NCBI GenBank assembly: GCA_037443035.1 | Contig: JBBIPC010000007.1 | Coordinates: 72,876-136,875 of the forward strand | Origin: Chthonomonadales bacterium | GTDB lineage: Bacteria; Armatimonadota; Chthonomonadetes; Chthonomonadales; CAJBBX01 | Direction of reading: 5' to 3' | DNA length: 64,000 nucleotides | Part shown: one piece after another, positions 9,841 through 17,835 of the stretch | Numbering within the stretch: the stretch's first letter is position 1 | Layout: every line of letters begins with the position of its first letter | Made by a program: the position numbers and the translations under genes | The notes under the pieces: model-generated | What the model was told of the DNA's origin: nothing | Seen by the model: only the letters and a program-made list of their open reading frames with translations | The model's database searches: none

Positions 9841-10330
9841 GCCCCGCTCCTCCGCCGTCACCTCGTCCCAAGAGCTGGATCAGGACTGGCGCCAAATGCT
9901 CCAGGGCAGTCTGCACTTCCTCGCTCAGGCAAGCTCCAGGCAGTGTCTCCGCAGGCTGGACGCCTAGAAGCCACACGCGGGACGTGGAGTATCGTTCCAG
10001 AGCCTCTGCCAGCACCCCTAACGCCATGCGGTGCGTGGAGACTTGCGGGAAGCGAGATCGCATGCCCGCCGAATCGAATAGCATGACCGTTCCGGGCGCC
10101 TGGCCGGCCTCCACTGCATCCAGGAGGATCACGCTGTCCATTTCCCGAGCGCACATCAGGCAGCGCTCTGGCCAGAGTCCTCCGACCACCACGCGCGGCA
10201 CGCCTGCATGTTTCAGCGTCTCCGCGAGCACGACGCCGAAGCCGTCATCGCCGAAGAGGGGATTGCCAAGCCCCAGGACAGCCGTCCGTCCTCTGCAGCA
10301 ATCCGCCAGCGACGCCGCCAGCCCGTCCAT
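9830..10330 (-). CDS. Hydrogenase maturation endopeptidase (HycI/HyaD family)
   Basis: ORF 9830..10438. The ATG at 10330 forms an ATGA overlap with the upstream stop. Motifs: VLGLGNPLFGDDGFG and LLDAV...STHRM, typical of the hydrogenase C-terminal processing protease. Confidence 0.8.
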   Translation of the reverse strand: MDGLAASLADCCRGRTAVLGLGNPLFGDDGFGVVLAETLKHAGVPRVVVGGLWPERCLMCAREMDSVILLDAVEAGQAPGTVMLFDSAGMRSRFPQVSTHRMALGVLAEALERYSTSRVWLLGVQPAETLPGACLSEEVQTALEHLAPVLIQLLGRGDGGGAGHDS

Positions 10331-11178
10331 CAGATATCCTCTCCCAACATGCGCAACTGCTCGTAGGTGAAGACGGGGCCGTCCACACAGACATAGGCAA
10401 CGCCGATGCAGCAGTGGCCGCACTTGCCTACGCCGCACTTCATGTACCGCTCCATGGTGGAGACGATCCTATCCTCCCGGTACCCCATGGCGAGCAGATC
10501 CTTGATGACGAACCGGAACATGACAGGCGGACCGCAAACGAAGGCAATGCTGTTGTCCACAGCCACTCGAACATCCGGCCGCTTGAACAGGCTTCCAACG
10601 ACACCCACCGGACCGCTCCAACTCTCATCGCCCCGGTCCACGGTCAGGTGGCACTCGACCCCTCCCTGCTCGGCCCAACCGCGCATCTCCGTTTGGTACA
10701 TGAGTTCCGCTGGCGTTCGTGCGCCGTAGAACACCTGAATCGTGCCGTACTGCTCGCGCCGATGCATGGCGTAGACAATGCACGATCGGAGCGGGATCAT
10801 GCCGATGCCGCCCGCCACGAAAACGAGATTCATGCCGGCGTATTCGTCCATGGGAAAACCGTTGCCATAGGGACCACGAACGCCGAAGCAATCGCCGGGC
10901 TGGAGGCTGTGCAGAGCCGATGTACAGCTGCCCACGCGCCTGACCGTGAAGAAGCGCTCCTTCTCCGTAGGGCTGGGTGGGAGCGATAGCGGGAACTCGC
11001 CCGCGCCGATGATCGAGACCTGGGCGAACTGCCCTGGCCGGAACCGGGAGAAAGCAACATCATCCGCCGGGTCCACGAAACGCCAGTAGAAACTGCGCAC
11101 CTCGCGGATCTCGTCCTGAACCCGCTCGAGAACCGCCACACGGGGGATGTAGATGTTCGTCTCGTCAGGCTGCTGCAT
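10330..11178 (-). CDS. FAD/NAD(P)-binding 2Fe-2S oxidoreductase subunit (AsrB / sulfhydrogenase gamma HydG / PyrK-like)
   Basis: ORF 10330..11193 (track start is TTG); first ATG at 11178. Motifs: GEFPLSL (RPFS-like FAD site), VAGGIGMIPL (NAD(P) site), and C-terminal CGVGKCGHCC...CVDGP (2Fe-2S). Confidence 0.75.
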   Translation of the reverse strand: MQQPDETNIYIPRVAVLERVQDEIREVRSFYWRFVDPADDVAFSRFRPGQFAQVSIIGAGEFPLSLPPSPTEKERFFTVRRVGSCTSALHSLQPGDCFGVRGPYGNGFPMDEYAGMNLVFVAGGIGMIPLRSCIVYAMHRREQYGTIQVFYGARTPAELMYQTEMRGWAEQGGVECHLTVDRGDESWSGPVGVVGSLFKRPDVRVAVDNSIAFVCGPPVMFRFVIKDLLAMGYREDRIVSTMERYMKCGVGKCGHCCIGVAYVCVDGPVFTYEQLRMLGEDI

Positions 11179-12247
11179 GAGCCTCTTCCCCAACGGAGCC
11201 TCGCCGGATCATCTCCACGACCGTCGGCATGCCAATCTCGCCATGACAGACAGCTGCGCACCGTCCGCATCCCACGCATGCAACGCTCAGCTCCCGTTGC
11301 ACGAAGTAGTGGGAGAGCTTGCGGAAGAAACGCCTGTTGCGCCGATCATGGACAGCTTTCCTGGGATTGAACCCGCCTGCCATCCGCGTGAACCCCGCCA
11401 GTGCGCAGGAGTCCCACACTCGGACACGTTCGTAGGTGTCTGGTCCTGTTAGACGGTCCGTTACCGTGAAGCACGTGCATGCGGGACAGACGAACGTGCA
11501 TCCACCGCATTCCAGACACCGATTGCCGATCTCCTCCCACGTCTCCTCGCTTACCTTTCCCGCCGAAACGCCCCGCACAGCGCCAGCGAACCAGCTTGTT
11601 CGGTGGAAGAAGCTCCTCCGCGCATTGGCAAGCGCGAGCCGGCGCGCAGCTACGTCCTCCGGCGTAGCCTTGCGGAAGATCGTCGAAGCGAAGAGAGCTT
11701 CGCCTGCCGGAGTACCTGCGACTGCCAGGTACCGGTCGCCAAGAGCGACCAGTTGCAGATCGAAACCACTTCTTGCCGCAGGTCCCGTGTCCGTACAGAC
11801 GCAGAAGCAGTCTGGCCCGATGTCCACGCCGGGCACGGTACAGGCGACGTTCACAAGGAACAGCCCCTGCCGCAGACGGTGGTAGTAGATGTCCCGATAC
11901 TCCCGATCCAGATAGAACCTATCGAGGTGTCCGATGCCAGCCACGTCACACGATCGAATGCCAAACACCGCCAGTCGCTGCTCGGCCACCGTCGGTTCGA
12001 TGCGCATGCCCTCCGACGTTCGTTGCAATGTCATGATCCGCTGGATGTGAGGTAGGACGAACCGCTTGGGCGGATAGAGCGGGTTGGGCAGGTGGAGTGT
12101 CGCCGCATGGCGGTTGGCCTCGTTGACGACATCGAAGCATGTATCCGATCCGTGGATGCGGAACGGCGCCACCACCGCGTACCCCTTCTCGCGGAGCAGA
12201 TCGATGATGCAGAGCACGTCTTCGGCCGCAATGATGCGCGCTTTCAC
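11165..12247 (-). CDS. 4Fe-4S subunit (AsrA / sulfhydrogenase beta HydB-like)
   Basis: ORF 11165..12397. The likely start is the GTG at 12247, which forms a GTGA overlap with the upstream stop (VKARIIAAED...). Motifs: CLECGGCTFVCPACTCF and CVGCGRCAAVCHGEI. Confidence 0.7.
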   Translation of the reverse strand: MKARIIAAEDVLCIIDLLREKGYAVVAPFRIHGSDTCFDVVNEANRHAATLHLPNPLYPPKRFVLPHIQRIMTLQRTSEGMRIEPTVAEQRLAVFGIRSCDVAGIGHLDRFYLDREYRDIYYHRLRQGLFLVNVACTVPGVDIGPDCFCVCTDTGPAARSGFDLQLVALGDRYLAVAGTPAGEALFASTIFRKATPEDVAARRLALANARRSFFHRTSWFAGAVRGVSAGKVSEETWEEIGNRCLECGGCTFVCPACTCFTVTDRLTGPDTYERVRVWDSCALAGFTRMAGGFNPRKAVHDRRNRRFFRKLSHYFVQRELSVACVGCGRCAAVCHGEIGMPTVVEMIRRGSVGEEAHAAA

Positions 12248-14271
12248 GGGCGAATCCTCTCGATCCGCACAGGCACATACGGGGACCCGTTCGCTGCATG
12301 GCCCCGGATGGCCTGATCCACGTTCTTGACGAAGAAGGGAGCGAACACTGCACCCCGTCGCACCTCGTCCGTCACACGAGCCGCGATCTCCACACAACCT
12401 CCCGCCGAGCAGACACGAATAGTTTCGCCGTCCCGCACCGACAGTTCTCGCGCGTCCTCCGTGTTCACCTCCACGAACCCCTCGGGATAGTCGAGCAGGA
12501 GGATGCGGTACTCACGCTTCAGCGTCTCGCTGTGCTGGATCAGCACGTTCTTGTGCCAGTAGTAGTTGGAATAGCCGAACACCAGGGTCAGCGGGAACTC
12601 GGCGCTGCGTGGCACAGGGACGGGAGGCCGCACAGGCTGCAGACGGAATGGATGTTGCTCGCCAGAACCGTCTGCGAACAGCCTGGGCGTTCCGACGGGC
12701 CGCTGCCAGGTGCACGGCCATTGCACCCCGAAGTCCCTCCGGAGATTGTCGTAGCTGGCCGCTTCGTAGAACGGAACAGCTTGGCCGATCTCTGCCATGA
12801 CATCCGCCGGACCATCGTATTCCCACTCTGCGCCGAGGGCGCGTGCCACTCGGACAATGTGCCTCCAGGCTGGCTCCGTCGCACCAGGCGCCGCTGCAAC
12901 CTTCTCTGCAACCTGGATGCGCCGGTCCGTGCTGGTGAAGGTGACGGTCTCCTCACCGAAGGCAGTGGTGGGCAGGATGACGTCAGCGAAGGCGGCTGTT
13001 TCCGTCATGAACAGGTGCTGGACCACGATGAACTCGCATTGCTGGAGAGCCCAGGCCGCGTCGCCGAAGAAGGCCGTGCTGGCGGGATCGTAACGACCCA
13101 GCCACAGTCCCCGAATCGCACCGTTGCCCAGACCGCCCAGTACTTCGCGCGCCGACAGCCCGACCTCCCGCGGAAGCTCCGCCTGCCATAGACTGCCCAG
13201 CCGGGCCGACGCCTCTTCATCGGTGACGCGCCTATAGCCCGGCAGCATGTCGGGCAGCATGCCCATGTCGCAGACGCCTTGGAGGTTGTTATGTTCGGTC
13301 AGCGCATAGACACCCGCGCCTGGACGGCCGATCTGCCCGGTCAGCAGAGCGAGGTTGACAGCGGCCCGAATGGTTTCCTCGTGGCGCGCCTCCAATCCCG
13401 TCGAATAGACCAGGGAGGCTGCCTGCGCCTCGGCGTACAGCGTAGCCGCTTCCTCCAGCGCTTCTGGCGGTACGCCACATTCCTCGGCAGCCGTCAATAA
13501 GTCGAAGTGCTCGGTGGCGGAGAGGAATGCGTCGAACCCACCGCACCGGCTCTTCAGGAAGCTGCGGTCCTCCAGCCCACGGTCGATAATGACCCTGGCC
13601 ATGGCACCGTACAGCGTGGCTTCCGTCCCAGGGCGGATCTGGAGGAAAACGTCGGCGTGGCCCGCCAGACGATGCCGGCGAGAATCCACCACAATGAGTC
13701 GTGCACCGTCCAGCTTGGCGCGTAGGACAATGCCTGCCACCGTCGGCAACTGCCGCGCCAGGTCCACCCCGTCCACGAGAATCACGTCGCTCAGACTCAA
13801 GTCGCCAATCGGGTTCGTCGTGGCTGGTACGCCGAGCATGTCCAGGAGCACGTTGATGGAGTTGTGGACATACACTCCGGTCCCGTGGTCCACATTGTTG
13901 GTGCCCACCACGGCGCGCGCCAGCTTCTGGAGCAGATATGCTTCCTCGTTGGAACATCGGGGCGAGTCGAGGAATGCCACCGCCTGCGGACCATGCTGCA
14001 TCACGATCGCTCGAAGCCGCTCGGCGATCAGCTCCACCGCCTCGTCCCACGTCGCTTCCTCGAAGCCCCTCGAACGCCGGATGAGAGGGTGGAGCAACCT
14101 GTCGGGCGAACCGGAGACCTCGTGAACATGCCAGCCACGCAGGCAGATCCTTCCCCGGTTCGTGGGATGGGACAAGCTGGGATAGGCACCGCTTACGCGC
14201 CCTTCGGCGGTCTCGAGATACAGACCGCATCCCACCCCGCAGAAGGTGCATGTGGTAAGTTGGTGCGGCAT
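12244..14271 (-). CDS. FdhF-like molybdopterin-oxidoreductase-family subunit (formate dehydrogenase H homolog) with non-canonical active-site residues
   Basis: 675 aa. The N-terminal 4Fe-4S motif is CTFCGVGCGLY...ICLRG. Collinear with E. coli FdhF as recalled (ARAVVGTNNVD..., NNLQGVCDMGMLP, FIVVQHLFMTETAAFADVILP). The Sec/Cys-His and Arg positions are replaced; see findings. Confidence 0.8.
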   Translation of the reverse strand: MPHQLTTCTFCGVGCGLYLETAEGRVSGAYPSLSHPTNRGRICLRGWHVHEVSGSPDRLLHPLIRRSRGFEEATWDEAVELIAERLRAIVMQHGPQAVAFLDSPRCSNEEAYLLQKLARAVVGTNNVDHGTGVYVHNSINVLLDMLGVPATTNPIGDLSLSDVILVDGVDLARQLPTVAGIVLRAKLDGARLIVVDSRRHRLAGHADVFLQIRPGTEATLYGAMARVIIDRGLEDRSFLKSRCGGFDAFLSATEHFDLLTAAEECGVPPEALEEAATLYAEAQAASLVYSTGLEARHEETIRAAVNLALLTGQIGRPGAGVYALTEHNNLQGVCDMGMLPDMLPGYRRVTDEEASARLGSLWQAELPREVGLSAREVLGGLGNGAIRGLWLGRYDPASTAFFGDAAWALQQCEFIVVQHLFMTETAAFADVILPTTAFGEETVTFTSTDRRIQVAEKVAAAPGATEPAWRHIVRVARALGAEWEYDGPADVMAEIGQAVPFYEAASYDNLRRDFGVQWPCTWQRPVGTPRLFADGSGEQHPFRLQPVRPPVPVPRSAEFPLTLVFGYSNYYWHKNVLIQHSETLKREYRILLLDYPEGFVEVNTEDARELSVRDGETIRVCSAGGCVEIAARVTDEVRRGAVFAPFFVKNVDQAIRGHAANGSPYVPVRIERIRP

Positions 14272-14307
14272 GGCGCCCGCCTTCGCGATCGTGGCCCCGA
14301 AGCCTCT

Positions 14308-14793
14308 CTACCAGGAGCGCACGTGCCGCTCGACAAGCTTCTGACGGACCGCCTGGAGCCGTTGCTCCAACAGTGTCGCGAACCGCTGCAGGAGCATGTA
14401 GCCTAGGCTTGGGTCCTTCTCGCACCGCTCCCGCAGAGCAGGACCGTCGAGGACCAATAGGCGTGTCCTGCGCGCCGCCCGAGCGTCCAGACGCCAACGG
14501 TACGGCGGCACGAGCACCGACCAACCGAAGGCATCGCCATCCTCTAGTTCCTGCACGGTCGTGGGCCCGTACTGCAGGTTGAAAGCCTCCAGTACAACTG
14601 CGCCTTCGAGGATCAGGTAGAACCTGTCCGCCTGCTCCCCCTCCCGAAAGATCACTTGACCTGCGTCCAGCGTCGTTTCGGTCGACAGCGACAATAGCGC
14701 CTGAGCACAGTCCGCTGGCAGATCGGCGAATAGCGGGTGGCCAGCCAGGACTTCGCCAGAAGACCGCGTCGCAGGTGTGTGTTGCACTGCCAT
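14308..14793 (-). CDS. Stand-alone cyclic-nucleotide-binding (cNMP) domain protein, no HTH
   Basis: ORF 14308..14865. The ATG at 14793 is preceded by AGGAGG (14806-14801). Contains the CAP/cNMP beta-roll pattern HPLFADLP...GQVIFREGEQADRFYLILEGAV...GDAFGW. At about 161 aa it ends in a helix with no DNA-binding domain. Confidence 0.75.
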   Translation of the reverse strand: MAVQHTPATRSSGEVLAGHPLFADLPADCAQALLSLSTETTLDAGQVIFREGEQADRFYLILEGAVVLEAFNLQYGPTTVQELEDGDAFGWSVLVPPYRWRLDARAARRTRLLVLDGPALRERCEKDPSLGYMLLQRFATLLEQRLQAVRQKLVERHVRSW

Positions 14794-14836
14794 TGCACAA
14801 CCTCCTACTGCTCGGCCAGTCTTGCACCGTGCCCTT

Positions 14837-14865
14837 ATGTTATCACGCTGCAGCCGAGAATACAA
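14837..14865 (-). promoter_or_regulatory. Candidate sigma70-type promoter for the cNMP gene / hydrogenase operon
   Basis: Minus-strand reading: TTGTAT (14865-14860), 17-nt spacer, TGaTAACAT (extended -10, 14845-14837). It lies about 45 nt upstream of the ATG at 14793. Confidence 0.35.
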
Positions 14866-14957
14866 GAGGTTCGACGGCAGATTGTGGGTTTTTTCTCAGA
14901 ATGTTGCCGCATGAGATGAGCCGAGACGCATGTATCGAAGCGGTCGGACACATTACT

Positions 14958-14973
14958 CGTGAACATAGTCACA
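14958..14973. promoter_or_regulatory. CRP/FNR-family-like palindrome cGTGA-N6-TCACa
   Basis: The sequence cgtgaacatagtcaca matches TGTGA-N6-TCACA at 9 of 10 half-site positions. It is AT-rich in a GC-rich intergenic region, upstream of the cNMP gene and the hydrogenase operon. Confidence 0.3.
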
Positions 14974-15026
14974 GATAGCAGCGACAGCAGTTCGCCACCC
15001 ACTTACTGCTGGGACGCTCGCGAAAG

Positions 15027-15872
15027 CTACACGGCTGATGGCTTGGCAAGATGCTGACGTGTGGCAGCGCGGGACCCCTCTTCGCGGGTCGTCCACCACT
15101 CCTCGTCCTGCACGGACCGCACAATGATGTCCCGTACTGCCTCGGGTGAGTCGCTAACCGCCATCAGGTCCATGTCGTGCGGCGAGATCTTTCCCTCGGC
15201 TGCCAGAGTGGCGCGCATCCAGTCCAGCATGCCCTGCCAGTAAGCCGAGCTGAAGAGCACGACGGGGAAGTTGCGTATCTTGCCTGTCTGAATAAGCACC
15301 AGCGCCTCCAGCAGCTCATCGAGCGTGCCGAAGCCTCCGGGGAAGATGACGAACGCACAGGCGTACTTCACGAACATCATCTTCCGCACGAAGAAGTAGC
15401 GGAACTCCACTGCCGTGTCGGTGTAGGGATTCAGGTGCTGCTCGAACGGCAGCTCGATATTCAGACCGACCGATCGCGCGCCGGCAAGGTGGGCTCCTTT
15501 GTTTCCAGCCTCCATGATGCCCGGGCCGCCTCCCGTGATGATGCTGAAGCCTGCCTCCCCCAACAGCCTGGCGGTCTCGACTGCCGCGCCGTACATGGGA
15601 TCCGTCTCGCTTACCCTTGCGCTGCCAAAGATCGTCACGGCCATGCCGAGATCCGCTAGCGCGTCGAAGCCGGCGACGAACTCCCCCATGATGCGCAGGA
15701 CCCGCCAGGGGTCCGATTGCGTGAACAGCTCCGGAGTATGGCGCCGGACATTGATGAGCCGCTCATCCTCGGTGACGCTGGTAGTACGGGGACGACGGGT
15801 GACAGGCGGGCGAATGGCAGCCGAATGGTTCGCGCCGGAGATGACGTGCTTTTCAGACACGGGCTTCCTCAC
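15027..15872 (-). CDS. LOG-family (TIGR00730) Rossmann-fold nucleotide-binding protein
   Basis: Motifs: TIFGSARV, ITGGGPGIMEAGNKGA, PGGFGTLDELLEAL. The GTG start forms a GTGA overlap with the upstream stop at 15869-15872. Confidence 0.8.
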   Translation of the reverse strand: MRKPVSEKHVISGANHSAAIRPPVTRRPRTTSVTEDERLINVRRHTPELFTQSDPWRVLRIMGEFVAGFDALADLGMAVTIFGSARVSETDPMYGAAVETARLLGEAGFSIITGGGPGIMEAGNKGAHLAGARSVGLNIELPFEQHLNPYTDTAVEFRYFFVRKMMFVKYACAFVIFPGGFGTLDELLEALVLIQTGKIRNFPVVLFSSAYWQGMLDWMRATLAAEGKISPHDMDLMAVSDSPEAVRDIIVRSVQDEEWWTTREEGSRAATRQHLAKPSAV

Positions 15873-17806
15873 GGTTCCGGAAAGCGTCCGGAGAGTGTGC
15901 GATCGAAGAGATATACATCCAGTACTGCTTCGATCCTAGGCTCCCGTTCCCACGCGGTTCTGGACGCCTGCTGCCAGAACGCATAGGCGGCCGCTCGGTC
16001 GCCCTTCTCGCGTGCATCGTATGCGCGCGCCAGCGGCTCGACGATGGCAGCATGGTGCAGCAGGTACCGCCACGAGGCTGACCACACAGGTTGCGCATCG
16101 GCAGCGTGGCGTTCCATCACTGGCCGAAAGCTCTGGATGACTTCCGGCACGCGCCCGAAGGCCGGCCCACGATCGCACCGGACGTTCACCGACTCTGCGG
16201 TCTTCTCTCGGTCCCCGCGGAGGTAAGGAGGATCGAACATCTCGGAAAGCTCGTAGAGATAGCCTCGTACAGCTCGCCAATCGGGACCGAAAGCTGCCTG
16301 GAAGTACTCTTCCTCGATTGCGCCAAAGGAGCGACCAGGATCCCAGAGGCCAGCAGCCATGGCATACATGCCTAGCCCCGTTGGCAAGAATGCGCGTTGG
16401 GTCTGGCAACTCATGAAACCGTTCAGTCCGATGGCGGCCAGTCTTCGAACGTCTTCGTGCAGAATTGAAGCGATACTGCAGTAGCCCGGATCGTTGTAGT
16501 GGTCCCACATGAAGTGGTAGTCGAAATCGAAGCCGTCCCCCTTGAAAGCGCGCTCCCAGGCTCGCAGAAACGCTACATTGGCGGTCACGGAACGGGGGAA
16601 CTGGAGCCGATTGCGCTCGAATGGGGGCAGATCCGGCAGGTGCTCCATATCCGCCTCGAACGGCCGACTGTAGGAACGCGTGATGGGCGCGAACATGAGC
16701 ACGAAACGTTCCGGGTGGGCGATCACCTCTCGTTCCGGAGGCCAGAGGAGGTCCACGTAGATGAGGAAGACGATTTTCGTGTCGAGCCCCTGCCTGGTGA
16801 GTGCAGCGTCGAGCTCGTTCAGTAGCATCACGTAGAAGTCCGACGGCCTCGCCTGCACGCAGTTCTCGCACTCGCAGTTGTTGTTGGCGCCATCCGCCAG
16901 CCAGACGTGCAAGAGATCTACCGCCGGATGCTCCTGCACATACCGCACCATGTCCTCGACCATGATGCGCCGAACCTCGGGGTTGGAGTAGCAGAGGTTC
17001 GTGTTGAGTGGTATGCCCTCCCAGACATCTCGTTTCCCATTCACCATGGCAAGATAGGGCACGGCTTCGGGAGGCGCCTGGACGGGTTCGAACTCCCATC
17101 CCAGACCTGCCATACCGAATGGTTCGCATGTCCAGCCATGCCCAACCGCGTGATACAGAAGGTCACGCCGCTCGATCTCGGCGACGATACGCTCGAGGAT
17201 GCCCCTCGCTTGCTCGATCGAGAACGGTTCCGCCTCTCGGTAAGGATTGTACTGATGGGAGTACCACCGGTTGAAGAACGTGAAACTCTCCCGGAACTGG
17301 GTGAAATAGGCGTTCATCCCGACGCGTGGGAGCCACTCCACGATGCCCCGCACATGTTCTTCGCTGACAGCGCCTTCGATGCAGATTCCCCTGTGACGGT
17401 AAGCCGGCTTCTCCCTGAGCTGGCAGCTCAGTTCCGGCAGGTGGTCGGGCACGTACTCGCCGTCGCTACCAGGACGGACCCAACGACAGCCCAGCTCCCT
17501 CAAGAATCGATAGACTGCCAGAAGCACGCTGCGCGGGTTCGTACCGGTGAGCACACCGGTCCCCTGCTGAACGCTCACGAAGATCGCATCGTCCAAGCGC
17601 CGGTCCGGGACGGGAGGAAGATCCACCGCGGGCAGATCTCCGGCCGACGCCACCCATAGCCCTGGCACGTCGGCATCGTACGTCTCGGCTGAGATGCTGG
17701 GGACCGGTGCACCACACATAGCTCCGAGACAGCGTGACAGCTCCTCGGCGGCGTACTGCACTGTTGGATGGGACCCGATGGTCCTGACAATAGGGGCTTC
17801 TGGCAT
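15869..17806 (-). CDS. DUF4838-like (GH20-like fold) hypothetical glycan-active protein
   Basis: ORF 15869..17968. The ATG at 17806 (MPEAPIVRTIG...) lies 30 nt past the lepA stop. Family assignment is by recollection of the DUF4838 N-terminal pattern (low certainty). The CDS itself is well supported by its length. Confidence 0.6.
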   Translation of the reverse strand: MPEAPIVRTIGSHPTVQYAAEELSRCLGAMCGAPVPSISAETYDADVPGLWVASAGDLPAVDLPPVPDRRLDDAIFVSVQQGTGVLTGTNPRSVLLAVYRFLRELGCRWVRPGSDGEYVPDHLPELSCQLREKPAYRHRGICIEGAVSEEHVRGIVEWLPRVGMNAYFTQFRESFTFFNRWYSHQYNPYREAEPFSIEQARGILERIVAEIERRDLLYHAVGHGWTCEPFGMAGLGWEFEPVQAPPEAVPYLAMVNGKRDVWEGIPLNTNLCYSNPEVRRIMVEDMVRYVQEHPAVDLLHVWLADGANNNCECENCVQARPSDFYVMLLNELDAALTRQGLDTKIVFLIYVDLLWPPEREVIAHPERFVLMFAPITRSYSRPFEADMEHLPDLPPFERNRLQFPRSVTANVAFLRAWERAFKGDGFDFDYHFMWDHYNDPGYCSIASILHEDVRRLAAIGLNGFMSCQTQRAFLPTGLGMYAMAAGLWDPGRSFGAIEEEYFQAAFGPDWRAVRGYLYELSEMFDPPYLRGDREKTAESVNVRCDRGPAFGRVPEVIQSFRPVMERHAADAQPVWSASWRYLLHHAAIVEPLARAYDAREKGDRAAAYAFWQQASRTAWEREPRIEAVLDVYLFDRTLSGRFPEP

Positions 17807-17835
17807 GTGTATCACCTCTCTCTTCCGGCGCGACG

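Noticed and set aside
12244-14271. Selenocysteine-containing formate dehydrogenase
   Set aside because: There is no in-frame TGA within the ORF. The position aligned with Sec140 is Tyr/Val.
13289-14827. 512-aa minus-strand ORF overlapping the FdhF-like and cNMP genes in another frame
   Set aside because: It is Arg/Gly/Pro-rich and of low information, and it spans an intergenic gap. The alternative frames carry clear family motifs.
14985-15011. Hairpin CAGCAGT-N13-ACTGCTG after the LOG-family gene as a Rho-independent terminator
   Set aside because: It has only a 7-bp stem, a large loop and no U-tract. It is too weak to call.
15936-17129. 397-aa alternate-frame ORF inside the DUF4838-like gene
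   Set aside because: It has Arg/Gly/Pro-rich composition typical of off-frame GC-rich translation. The overlapping 699-aa frame is longer and protein-like.
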